From Chloroflexota bacterium (GTDB taxonomy: Bacteria; Chloroflexota; Dormibacteria; Dormibacterales; Dormibacteraceae), in contig VBHA01000065.1 in NCBI GenBank assembly GCA_005889495.1, forward strand, positions 4,961 to 68,960: 64,000 bases of DNA, given 5' to 3'. Under the pieces are notes generated by a model. It saw only the letters and a list, made by a program, of their open reading frames with translations. It ran no database searches and was not told the DNA's origin. The translations under genes and the position numbers were made by a program. This document shows, in pieces, positions 24,846-34,423 of the stretch. The first letter of the stretch is position 1. Every line of letters starts with the position of its first letter.

Positions 24846-27800
24846 TTAACCGAAGAACGCGTAGACCCTGTTGATGAGGTCCGTCCGCTGGGCGGCCGAT
24901 CCGTAGCCCTCGAACGGGAACGCAAGGAACACAACGTTGTAGGTGCCGCTGAACGAGAGCCCGTCAGGCTGCGCGTTGTCGTCGGTGAAGATCACCTGCG
25001 CGGAGCCGTTGGGCGTGATCTCGTCCTCGAAGTCGTTGCCGAGCACGGAGTGGTTGTAAGGCACGGTGCCCACACCCGCGGTCAGCGTGCCGGGGACTCC
25101 GCGGACGTTTGCCGTCGCCTTGTCGTTCTGCGTCTCGCTGCCGTCCCACGTGACGTGGAGATAGTCATGGACGAATGTCGTGGTGCCCCCGGACTGGTCC
25201 AGCAGGTCCTGTCCCGAGACAAACAGGTTGCCGGCGCCGTCGAGGTATGACTTGAGCTCCCTCTCATATGGCGCCAGTGGGCTCGGGTAGCTGTTGCCCG
25301 TGAACCACACGACGTACTTGAACGACTTGAGGTAGTTGAGCGGGAGGTTCTTGTCGTTGCCCAGGTCCCAGACCTGGAAAGACTTGCCGGCCGAAGTGAG
25401 CGCGTCCGTGTAGTACTTCTGCACGTCCACAGGCGATGTGGCAAAGGAGTCATCGTCGACGACGAGCGTGTCCACGGCGACGGCCTTTGTGATCACCGTC
25501 CCGGAGGCGCTCACGGCCGAGCTGCCCGCGGACGTCCCCGTCACCGTGGCCGTGCTGGTGGCGCCGTCGGCGGCGCTTGCCGGCACATCCACCTTCACGC
25601 ACACGCTGGTCGATCCACCGGAGGCCACGCTTCCGGTCGTCGTCAAAGGCGTGGCGCAGGTCGCGTCGAAGAAGCTGACCGGGAACGTGCCGCCACTCGA
25701 CGACATCTTGTAGCTGTCGGCGCTGAACCCGGTGTTGTCGAGGGTCACGTTGTAGGTCACGCTCTTGCCTACGTGGGCGCCGTCGAGCTGGCTCGCCGGC
25801 GTGAGCGTGACCCTGTAGAGCGGCGCTATCGGCGTGATCGTCTGCGAACCGCTGGTCGACGGACCCTGGGCCGAAGTCGCCTCGACGCCGTCGTCGACGA
25901 TCGATTGCACGCCGGACTTGAGGCCTGGGTCGATCTTCACCTTCAGATGCACCACGACGCTGCCGGCCGAGGGGACCGACAGGCCTGACCACTTTGCCGT
26001 CCCGCCGGCGTTCACGCCGCCGCTGTCCGCCGAGACGAAGCTGGTGTTGGCGGGGATGGGGTCGCTGATCGTCACACCGGTGGCGGTGGCGTTGCCGATG
26101 TTGCGGAGGGTGATGGTGTAGTCGATGTTGCTTCCGCCCCGGACGAGTGCGCCGGAGTCGACCTTGGAGACCACCAGCCCTGGGACGCTGTGCGAGTCCG
26201 TGACGCTCCACGCGCCGCGACCATGCGTTCCCGCCGCGATCACGCGGTCGTATGTGTCGAGGTCGACCTGGTCGACGGCGACCGCCGGGATGCCTGCACC
26301 CAGCGGTCCCCAGTGCGCGCCGCCGTCGTAGGTCACGAGCGGACCGACGTCGGTCGCGGCGTACAGGGTGTTGGGATACGAGGGGTCGATGGTGAGCGAG
26401 TTGACCGGGTTGTCGGGCAGGTTGCCGCTGATGTCGGTCCAGCTCTGGCCGGCGTCGGTGGTCTTGAAGACGTGGCCGGGCTGGTGCGGCGTCGCTGCGT
26501 TGTAGCCGTTGTATCCGACGTACGCGATCCGGTCGTTGCTCCGGTCGACCGCGATCCACGCGACCGGCCGGTTCGGCAGCGAGTGCTTGTCACCCGCGCC
26601 CAGGCTGTGCTGGTCGACCCGGGTCCAGGTCGGCGTGTCCGTCACCATGGCGTCAGGGCTGAAGTAGACGAGCCCATCGTCCGAGCCGGTGTACACGCCG
26701 GTTCCGCCCCCGATGCCGATCGCGGAGATGAAGCAGCCGCGCGCGCCGTTGGGCGCGGCCCCAGTGCATCCACTCGTCAGGTCGCCGCTGATCGCCTTGA
26801 ACTGCACGTCCGCGGCGTTGGGCGCCTTGGCGTTGTCGGTGCGGTACAGGCGGTAGGTGGCGGTGAAGAGCTGGTTCGTGCTGAGCTGGTTGAGCGCGAC
26901 CGGGATGTAGAACTCCGAGCGGTCGCCGGTGTTGATGCCGGTCAGGATCGGCCGGCGGGTGAAGAACCCGGCGCCGCCATCCGTGATCCGGTAAAGCGAG
27001 ACGCCGAAGAAAGTGCCGTAGACGAAGCAGGCGCCAAACCCACAGGAGTTGTTATCGGTCTGGTCGACCACGACCTGGCCGCCGTCGCCGGAGGTCATGT
27101 CGAAGAACGTCTGCGAGTTGACCGACTTGCGCAGCGTGCCGTTGTCCTGGGTGCCGCCCCAGTAACGGAGGCTCTGCGCGCCCGCCGGAACGAGCATCGA
27201 TGGCACGACCGCGACCGAGGTGAACTGGCCGATCTGGAGGTTGGTGCGGCCCGTGACGGCTCCGTTCGAGGGGGCGACCGACCCGTTCAGGTTCTGCCAC
27301 GTGACCGCCTTCAGGGCGTCTCCGGCGTTGTTGCGGCCGCCACGGCTCGTGCTGTAGTACACACCGCCGTCGTTGCCGATGAGGATCTTCGCCGGGTCGT
27401 TGGGGTCGAAGGCGAGCGCGTGGAAGTCCGGGTGAAGGTCCCAGCCAAGGTTCTTCCAGGTCGCGCCGCCGTCGGTCGAGCGGTAGATGCCGCCCGAAGG
27501 CGGGGAGAGGTTGTAGCCGAACGAGCCCGCCGCGAACACGACGTTCGGGTCGTTTGGGTCAGCCTCGATGACGTTGTCGTAGAAGCACTGAGTGCCGCAG
27601 TAGTCGACGACGCTGTCGATCCCGGTACCGTGCCCGGCCTCGACCCAGGAGGCACCCTCGTCGGTCGACTTGAAGAGCCGGCCGGCATGGTGATGGTGGG
27701 CCGTGTCCACCCAGTCGAAGCCGGTGTAGAGGACCGCCCCCTGGCCGGCCGGGTGGGAGATGGCGATGTTGAACCGCGTCAGGCCCGCCGCGAAGTCCGC

Positions 27801-28814
27801 GTCGGCCGGAAGGCCGCTCATGATCGGGTTCCACGAGGCGCCGCCGTCGGAGCTCTTGTAGATCTTGTCGCTCCAGAACGAGGCATAGATGGTCAATGGG
27901 TTCTGTGGGTCGAGTCGGATGTCGGTCGCGCCGAGGGAGACCGCGGGGGCGGCCTTCAGCAGCGTCCACGTGACCGCGCCGTCGTGCGACTCCCAGATTC
28001 CGAACGTGGAGTGGACCGGGGGCGAGACCCTGCGGTCGCCGCCGCGGCCGCGCAGGATGGCCGCGTACACGTGGTTCGAGTCGTTGGGGTCGACCGCCAG
28101 GCGGGCCGTCGAGACGCCGAGGAAGAAGTCACCCGAGACGTGGGTCCAGGTAGCGCCGCCGTCCGTCGACCGGAGGATGCCGTTGCCGAAGTAGCTGTCA
28201 CCGGACAGCGCGCCTTCGCCCGTGCCCGCGTAGACGATGTTGTCGTCCTTGGGGGCGACGGCGAGAGCGCCGATCGCGGTCGAGGGAAGGTTGTCGGTCC
28301 TGGGCGACCAGGTCTTGCTCGTCGGGTTCCACAGCCAGATGCCGCCCTGCGCGGCGCCGAGGATGAACGTGCCGTCCTTGCGGATCGCCAGCGCGCCGAT
28401 GCGGCCGCTCTGCGCCGCGAACGCGCTGTCACTGCGCTGGACCTGGACGATCGGGTTTGGTCCGAGGGGAGACCAGTTGCCGGAGAAGGTGGTCGGTCCG
28501 GCGGGAGGCGGGTTCTTCAGCACCCTGGCCTGGTCGGCCGCCGCCTTGCGAAGGGCAACCGCCTGGTCGACGCTGAGCGGAGCGCTCCCGGCGAGGCGCC
28601 CGCTGATGAACGCCTGGTCGCGCAGCAGCAGCTGCGACTCCAGCTCGTCGTTCTGCTCCGGGACAACCGTTCCCGGGGCCAGCGTGGCCGTGTCCTCGCC
28701 TGCGGTCGATCCCGACGGCGCGGGCGTGTCCGCAAAGCCAGGAGCGGCCGCGGCAAGCGCCACGGCGAGAGTGACAACGAGTGCGCTGAGCGCACGCCAA
28801 CCACGCTTCCCCAT
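24846..28814 (-). CDS. large secreted BNR/Asp-box beta-propeller protein with Ig-like (DUF11/CARDB-type) domains and an unassigned C-terminal domain
   Basis: ATG 28814 lies after GGGGAAGGAAG. The signal peptide is MGKRGWRALSALVVTLAVALAAAAPGFA. At least 7 Asp-boxes are present (STDGGATW x2, SHDGAVTW, SSDGGASW, STDEGASW, TTDAGQSW, TYDGGAHW). A DUF11-like segment reads YTITLRNIGNATATGVTISDPIP. Confidence 0.85.
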   Translation of the reverse strand: MGKRGWRALSALVVTLAVALAAAAPGFADTPAPSGSTAGEDTATLAPGTVVPEQNDELESQLLLRDQAFISGRLAGSAPLSVDQAVALRKAAADQARVLKNPPPAGPTTFSGNWSPLGPNPIVQVQRSDSAFAAQSGRIGALAIRKDGTFILGAAQGGIWLWNPTSKTWSPRTDNLPSTAIGALAVAPKDDNIVYAGTGEGALSGDSYFGNGILRSTDGGATWTHVSGDFFLGVSTARLAVDPNDSNHVYAAILRGRGGDRRVSPPVHSTFGIWESHDGAVTWTLLKAAPAVSLGATDIRLDPQNPLTIYASFWSDKIYKSSDGGASWNPIMSGLPADADFAAGLTRFNIAISHPAGQGAVLYTGFDWVDTAHHHHAGRLFKSTDEGASWVEAGHGTGIDSVVDYCGTQCFYDNVIEADPNDPNVVFAAGSFGYNLSPPSGGIYRSTDGGATWKNLGWDLHPDFHALAFDPNDPAKILIGNDGGVYYSTSRGGRNNAGDALKAVTWQNLNGSVAPSNGAVTGRTNLQIGQFTSVAVVPSMLVPAGAQSLRYWGGTQDNGTLRKSVNSQTFFDMTSGDGGQVVVDQTDNNSCGFGACFVYGTFFGVSLYRITDGGAGFFTRRPILTGINTGDRSEFYIPVALNQLSTNQLFTATYRLYRTDNAKAPNAADVQFKAISGDLTSGCTGAAPNGARGCFISAIGIGGGTGVYTGSDDGLVYFSPDAMVTDTPTWTRVDQHSLGAGDKHSLPNRPVAWIAVDRSNDRIAYVGYNGYNAATPHQPGHVFKTTDAGQSWTDISGNLPDNPVNSLTIDPSYPNTLYAATDVGPLVTYDGGAHWGPLGAGIPAVAVDQVDLDTYDRVIAAGTHGRGAWSVTDSHSVPGLVVSKVDSGALVRGGSNIDYTITLRNIGNATATGVTISDPIPANTSFVSADSGGVNAGGTAKWSGLSVPSAGSVVVHLKVKIDPGLKSGVQSIVDDGVEATSAQGPSTSGSQTITPIAPLYRVTLTPASQLDGAHVGKSVTYNVTLDNTGFSADSYKMSSSGGTFPVSFFDATCATPLTTTGSVASGGSTSVCVKVDVPASAADGATSTATVTGTSAGSSAVSASGTVITKAVAVDTLVVDDDSFATSPVDVQKYYTDALTSAGKSFQVWDLGNDKNLPLNYLKSFKYVVWFTGNSYPSPLAPYERELKSYLDGAGNLFVSGQDLLDQSGGTTTFVHDYLHVTWDGSETQNDKATANVRGVPGTLTAGVGTVPYNHSVLGNDFEDEITPNGSAQVIFTDDNAQPDGLSFSGTYNVVFLAFPFEGYGSAAQRTDLINRVYAFFG

Positions 28815-29088
28815 CTTCCTTCCCCTCATGTGTTGCTGACGAGATCCGACGTCACCGGCCGAGACGGACCCACAAGGAGAGGTCCAGGGCCCAGAAGACA
28901 CCCAACCCCATCAACTTCTCCAGCGGCGTAGCGCCTGAATCGGCGGCCTGTATCCGCGGCCGCCTTCGAAGCCGAACTACTTTGGCGTAGCCAGGGCGGA
29001 AAAGTCAAGCGAGCCTTCAGGTGCCCTTCAGCAAACCAGCTTTGTGGAGCGCGTCCTGGCCCTGGCCTAACGTTTATCTCATCGCCCG

Positions 29089-31305
29089 ATGAAAGAGCAC
29101 GCCATGACGCCCTGGCGGACGTTGATCACCGCCGTCCATCCGCATCCCTCCGTGAAGATCAACCACGGGGCGACCTTTCTCGTCACCGACCAGCAAGGGG
29201 CAGTCCCTGCAGGCTCCGAGGGCGAGTACGGCCTCTACTCGTCCGACACGCGCTACCTCTCGCGCCACGAGCTGAGGCTGAACGGCAAGAGGCCCGAGTC
29301 GGTCGCTTCGGTCCGACTTTCGTTTCGCCACGCGAGGTGGCACGCGGTCGTCGACAGCATCGCCGGGCCGGGCGGCGACATGCGCGAGGCCCGGGTGGCG
29401 GTGACGATCGACCGGCTCATCAACCTGCACCAGATGCACGAGGACCTGACGCTGCACACGTACGCGCGGGCGCCCCAGACCGTGCTGCTGGAGATCGCGA
29501 TGGAGAGCGATTTCGCGGACCTGTTCGAGGTCCGCTACCGCTCCTGGCAGCGCCGGGCCGACCTGAACACCTGGTGGGTGGGGCCGGCCAGCCTCGAGAC
29601 CCGATACCAGAACGAGGACTTCGTCCGCCGCTGCCTGGTCCGAGCTCTGAGCCAGGTGAGCGGGATCACGTACGCGAACGGCGCGCTGCGAATCCCTGCC
29701 GACCTGGTCCCGGGCAAGGAGTGGAAGCTCTGCCTGCAGTACGACCTCCTCACGTCGGACGACGAGATGCCCGAGATGGCCCCGCGGTGCGTGTTCGCCC
29801 CGGGTGAGGACGACCCGATGCGCCTGGCGCGTGGCTGGCAGATGTCGGTGGCGCATGTTCAGCCGGCCGACGTCCGCCTGCAGTTCGCCTACGAGCGCGC
29901 GCTCGAAGACTTCGCGGCGCTGCGGCTGCACGAGCAGGAAGCCTCATTCGACCGCTGGATGCCCGCCGCAGGCCTGCCGTGGTTCATGGCCCTGTTCGGC
30001 CGGGACTCGCTGATCGCGTCGCTGCAGGCGATGGTCGCGCAGCCCTCGGTGGCGATGGGCACGTTGGAGAACCTGGCGCGCTGGCAGTCGACGGTGGACG
30101 ACCCTGAGCGCGACGCCGAGCCGGGCAAGATGCCCCACGAGCTCCGCGTCGGCGAGTGGGCCCACTTCGGAGTGGTGCCGCACCGGCCGTACTACGGCAC
30201 GGCCGACGCCACTCCTTTATATCTGCTGCTCCTGGCCGAGAGCTACCGGTGGACGGGCGACGCATCCGGCCTGGCCGGATTCCGGCAGGCGGCGGAGCGA
30301 TGTCTGGAGTGGGTGGACAGGCACGGGGACCGTGACGGCGACGGGTTCCAGGAGTACGCGCCTCGCACGCCGCGCGGGTATCGCAACCAGGGCTGGCGCG
30401 ACGCGCACGACGGCGTGCTCGACGAAGCAGGCGTCTTTCCCGAGCTCCCGATCGCGACGTCGGAGATGCAGGCCTACGTTTACGGCGCCAAGAGCCGGAT
30501 CGCGCCGCTGTTCGAAGCGTGGGGGGACGCCGCGACGGCGTTGCGGCTGCGCAGCGAGGCCGCGGAGCTTCGGCGCCGGTTCATCGACCGCTTCTGGATC
30601 GCCGAGACCGGCGAGCTCGCGTTCTTGCTCGACGGCTCGAAGAAGCCGGTCCGGACGGTGGTGTCGAACTCCGGGCACTGCATGTGGATGGGGATACTGG
30701 ACGAGGAGCGTGGTCGTGCCGCGGGCCGGAGGCTGATGCAGCCCGACATGTTCACGGGTTGGGGCCTGCGTGTCCTGTCCGATCAGCATCCTTCGTACGA
30801 CCCTCACTCCTACCAGCGCGGATCTGTCTGGCCCCATGACAGCGTGATCGCGGCCGCGGGACTGCGCCGGTACGGGATGACCGAAGAAGCCTGGACGATC
30901 CTCGACGGCCTGCTCGCGGCGGTGATGTGCTTCGACGACATCCAGATGCCGGAGCTCTTCGCGGGCCTGCCGAAGAACGAGTTCGCGGTGCCGGTGCCGT
31001 ACCGGATGGCGAACGTCCCCCAGGCGTGGGCCGCGGGGTCGGTGCTGCACATGGTGCGGATCCTGTTGGGGCTGGAGCCGGACCTTCCGGCGGGGCGGAT
31101 CTACCTGGACCCGGCGCTGCCCGCGTGGTGCTCGAGGCTGGAGCTGAAGGGGCTGAAGCTTGGGCGGCACCAGGTGAGGTTGGTGGTGGAGAGGAGGCCT
31201 GATGGGCGGCATTCGGTCGACGCGGAGGCGGACGGCCTGGAGGTCATGCGTGGCGTGCCGCCGTGGATGGAGATCGCGGCCGACCAGGTACTCAGCGGCG
31301 GGTGA
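29089..31305 (+). CDS. amylo-alpha-1,6-glucosidase / glycogen-debranching-like protein (GDE N-terminal + GDE_C)
   Basis: Motifs LFGRDSLIA, GKMPHE, YYGTADATPLY, GYRNQGWRDAHD and YQRGSVWPHD. Confidence 0.85.
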   Translation: MKEHAMTPWRTLITAVHPHPSVKINHGATFLVTDQQGAVPAGSEGEYGLYSSDTRYLSRHELRLNGKRPESVASVRLSFRHARWHAVVDSIAGPGGDMREARVAVTIDRLINLHQMHEDLTLHTYARAPQTVLLEIAMESDFADLFEVRYRSWQRRADLNTWWVGPASLETRYQNEDFVRRCLVRALSQVSGITYANGALRIPADLVPGKEWKLCLQYDLLTSDDEMPEMAPRCVFAPGEDDPMRLARGWQMSVAHVQPADVRLQFAYERALEDFAALRLHEQEASFDRWMPAAGLPWFMALFGRDSLIASLQAMVAQPSVAMGTLENLARWQSTVDDPERDAEPGKMPHELRVGEWAHFGVVPHRPYYGTADATPLYLLLLAESYRWTGDASGLAGFRQAAERCLEWVDRHGDRDGDGFQEYAPRTPRGYRNQGWRDAHDGVLDEAGVFPELPIATSEMQAYVYGAKSRIAPLFEAWGDAATALRLRSEAAELRRRFIDRFWIAETGELAFLLDGSKKPVRTVVSNSGHCMWMGILDEERGRAAGRRLMQPDMFTGWGLRVLSDQHPSYDPHSYQRGSVWPHDSVIAAAGLRRYGMTEEAWTILDGLLAAVMCFDDIQMPELFAGLPKNEFAVPVPYRMANVPQAWAAGSVLHMVRILLGLEPDLPAGRIYLDPALPAWCSRLELKGLKLGRHQVRLVVERRPDGRHSVDAEADGLEVMRGVPPWMEIAADQVLSGG

Positions 31306-31308
31306 ACG

Positions 31309-32427
31309 TTGTTGCGTCCTTGCCAGACCTCGTCGGTTGTATCCATAGTGGAGTCCCGGCGGATCGCGCTCATCGTCAGCCCGTGGTACCCCGTTCCCCC
31401 GACGGGCTACGGCGGCATCGAGCTCGTGGCCTACAACCTCGCCAGGGAGCTCACCGCCCAGGGTCACAAAGTGACCGTCCTCGGGCGCCAGGGATCCCAC
31501 GGGCCGTTTGAGACCGTCGCGCTAGCCCCCGAAAGCTGGCAGAAAGACCTGGGCAACCAGAACGGCATACCCCGCCACAACCTCTTTCTCTATCGCAGCT
31601 ACGAGACGGTGCGCCGGCGTTCGTTCGACGTCATCCACGACCACTCGGGCCTCATGGGCATCCTGGTCGCCTCGCAGGCCCGGCTGCAGGCGCCGGTCGC
31701 GGCCACGTTGCATGGGGCGCTCACCGAGGCCGAGGGGGACTTCCTCCGCGCGGTCGCGCGCCAGGTCAACCTGGTCGCCATCAGTCATGCCCAGCAGGCG
31801 ACCGTCGCCGGGGTGGAGTGGCGGGCCGTCGTGCACAACGCGATCGACCCGAACCAGTACCGCCCGATCACCAACGTGGCCGAGAAGGACGACTACCTGA
31901 TCGAGCTCGCCCGGATCAACCCCGACAAGGGACAACACATCGCCATCGAGGTGGCAAAGCGACTCAAGCGCCGGCTCGTGCTTGCGGGCAAGGTCGACCC
32001 CGAGGCGCAGGACTACTTCGAAGAGAGAATCAAGCCGAATCTCAACGGCCAGGTCGTCTGGCGCGAAAACGTGAAGGGCAAGGAAAAGGCGCAGCTCCTG
32101 GCGAAGGCGCGGGCGCTGATCTTTCCCATCCAGTGGGAGGAGCCTTTCGGCATGGCGATGGTCGAGGCGATGGTCAGCGGGACGCCGGTGATCGCTTTCC
32201 GGCACGGCGCCGCCGCGGAGCTGGTCGAACCCGGCGTCACCGGTTTCCTGGCCGACGACGTGGAAGGGATGCTGGATGCCTTTGAGCGCCTCGACGAGAT
32301 CGACCTGAAACGCTGCGCCGAGGTGGCGGCGGAACGCTTCGGACCGGCGCGCATGGCCGAGGGCTACATGAACGTCTACGAGCGAGCGATCGAGCAGGCT
32401 CAGTACAGCGAACCGCCCCTTAGCTGA
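31309..32427 (+). CDS. GT4-family glycosyltransferase
   Basis: The N-terminus reads IALIVSPWYPVPPTGYGGIE. The C-terminus reads EEPFGMAMVEAMVSGTPVIA (E-x7-E). The start may be GTG 31348. Confidence 0.85.
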   Translation: MLRPCQTSSVVSIVESRRIALIVSPWYPVPPTGYGGIELVAYNLARELTAQGHKVTVLGRQGSHGPFETVALAPESWQKDLGNQNGIPRHNLFLYRSYETVRRRSFDVIHDHSGLMGILVASQARLQAPVAATLHGALTEAEGDFLRAVARQVNLVAISHAQQATVAGVEWRAVVHNAIDPNQYRPITNVAEKDDYLIELARINPDKGQHIAIEVAKRLKRRLVLAGKVDPEAQDYFEERIKPNLNGQVVWRENVKGKEKAQLLAKARALIFPIQWEEPFGMAMVEAMVSGTPVIAFRHGAAAELVEPGVTGFLADDVEGMLDAFERLDEIDLKRCAEVAAERFGPARMAEGYMNVYERAIEQAQYSEPPLS

Positions 32428-34393
32428 TTCGTACTCCGACAGGCAGGCGGCCGGCTTTCACCTTCGTCCCTTCGACGGCAAACTCGAGCCGCTGGCCCGC
32501 GAAGTGGAGGCCGGTCACCTCGATCCGATTCCACATGCGCGTCTCGATGGGCGCGATCCGCAGCGTCTTCCGCCGGTGATCGGCCTCCAGGCCGAGGATC
32601 GATGCGACGCAGGTGAACATCGCGGCCGCCGACCACAGCTGCGGCGTGCAGGTGTTCCAGTACTCCGTGGGCGGCTCTTTGGGCGTGCGCTCATCGCCGC
32701 AGAAAAGTTCTGGGGGCCGGCGCATCGGAAACTCGATCGAAGCCTCGACGAGGGCCCTGGCGACGCGCTCGGCCTCGGCCGCAAAACCGTACTGGCGCAT
32801 CCCGGCCACCGCCAGCGCGGTGTCGAACGGCCACACAGAGCCGTTGTGGTAGCTGCGCGGGTCGTAGTTGGCGGCACGCTCGGAGAGGGTCCTGATGCCC
32901 CAACCCGAGAACATGTCGGGTGCGACGAGGCGCCGCGTCACCAGCTCGGCCTTCGTCCGGTCGAGGATCCGCATCCACAGGCAGTGTCCAGGGTTGGACG
33001 TGATCGCCTTGACCTGGTGCTTGTGACCGTCGAGCGCCTGGGCGATGAATTTTGCGTCCGGCATCCAGAAGTCGTGGTTGAAGCGGCGCTTCAGAGCCGC
33101 CGCGTGCTCCCGAAGCTCCGGCTTGCGGCGCGACATTCCGACCAGACCGCGATGCAGATAGGCCTGGACCTCGCACAGGGCGGCGGGTCGCAGCGCGTCG
33201 GTGCCGTCGGAGTTGGTCAGGGAGTCGTCGGAGTCCTTCCATCCCTGGTTGCGCGCCCTGCCGCCGCGGTACTCGATGTAGCCGTCGCCGTCGGAGTCTC
33301 CATACCTGGTGCACCACTCGAGCGCGGCGGCCGCCGCCGGCCACATCTCGTCCGCGAAACGGCGGTCGTGGGTCCAGTTCTCGGTTTCCGTCATCGCGCA
33401 CAGAAACAGCGCGGTGGCGTCGATCGTGCCGTAGAGGATGTGCGGCCACAACCCGCGCTCGACGACCTCGCCGTCGCGGACCTCGTGCAGGATCTTTCCG
33501 GGCTGCTCCTCGCTGCCCTCGTCGACCCGCGCGCCCTGGTGCGCGGCGAGGTAGCGCAGCACGCCGCGGGCGATGTCCGGGTTGACGTGGAGAAGAAGGA
33601 TCGAGCTGATGAGGGCGTCGCGGCCGAACGGGACCGCGAACCAGGGAAGCCCGGCTGCTGGGTAGAGGCCGCTCTCATGGCGGCCGCACAGGAACCGGAT
33701 GTCCTGGGTCGCCTGCTCGAGGACCTCGTTGAGCGCGGCGTTGTCGGTTCGCACCGACATGCACTCGGCCGCCCAGCGCGGGTAGACCTCCTTGGCCTCC
33801 TCGAGCCCCGCGACGAAATCGACGACCGGGCGGTCCGACTCCGGGACGACGTCGAGGCGGAGCGTGAACTCGTCGCCGGGCAGGAGGCGGAGCTGGTGCT
33901 TCAGACCTTCTGGAAAGGCGATCACCCGCGTGGCCCGCCGGTCGCGGACGAAACGCACGCCCTCCACGGTCTTCGTCGGCATGGCCTCGTCGGGGCTGGC
34001 CAGCTCAGGCACGGCGCCCCGGATCCCGAGCATGGCAGCGAAGTCGGTCGCCACCTCGATCTCCATCACCGCGTCGGCGATCGCCGCGCCCGAGTTCGTG
34101 ACGGTGATCCGCTCGTGCAGGCCCGACTCGACGAAGCGGACCCTGCTCACATGCACACTGCCGCCGTCGAGCTCGAACGTGGCGCTGCTGTCGTCGGCCT
34201 GGAAACCGATCACCGCGGGCTCGACGCCGTTGATCAAGAGCCGCAGCCGGGAAAGGATGCGGGTGTCGCCGTCCCAGACGCCGTCGCCATGGAACTCGCC
34301 CGGGTTGATCGATCCGTCGCGAGCGGAGACGACAAAAAAGCGGTCGCGCTTGAGCATGACGCGCTCGGATATGAGTTGTCCGGACGAGATCAA
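32420..34393 (-). CDS. amylo-alpha-1,6-glucosidase / glycogen-debranching-like protein, second paralog
   Basis: Motifs PFGRDALIS, GKILHEV, YGTIDATALF, ARNQGWKDSDD and YHNGSVWPFD. It is convergent with GT4, with an 8-nt overlap. Confidence 0.85.
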   Translation of the reverse strand: MISSGQLISERVMLKRDRFFVVSARDGSINPGEFHGDGVWDGDTRILSRLRLLINGVEPAVIGFQADDSSATFELDGGSVHVSRVRFVESGLHERITVTNSGAAIADAVMEIEVATDFAAMLGIRGAVPELASPDEAMPTKTVEGVRFVRDRRATRVIAFPEGLKHQLRLLPGDEFTLRLDVVPESDRPVVDFVAGLEEAKEVYPRWAAECMSVRTDNAALNEVLEQATQDIRFLCGRHESGLYPAAGLPWFAVPFGRDALISSILLLHVNPDIARGVLRYLAAHQGARVDEGSEEQPGKILHEVRDGEVVERGLWPHILYGTIDATALFLCAMTETENWTHDRRFADEMWPAAAAALEWCTRYGDSDGDGYIEYRGGRARNQGWKDSDDSLTNSDGTDALRPAALCEVQAYLHRGLVGMSRRKPELREHAAALKRRFNHDFWMPDAKFIAQALDGHKHQVKAITSNPGHCLWMRILDRTKAELVTRRLVAPDMFSGWGIRTLSERAANYDPRSYHNGSVWPFDTALAVAGMRQYGFAAEAERVARALVEASIEFPMRRPPELFCGDERTPKEPPTEYWNTCTPQLWSAAAMFTCVASILGLEADHRRKTLRIAPIETRMWNRIEVTGLHFAGQRLEFAVEGTKVKAGRLPVGVRIS

Positions 34394-34423
34394 ACCGGCC
34401 GCGCAGTTTGCAGTACGGGAGCG

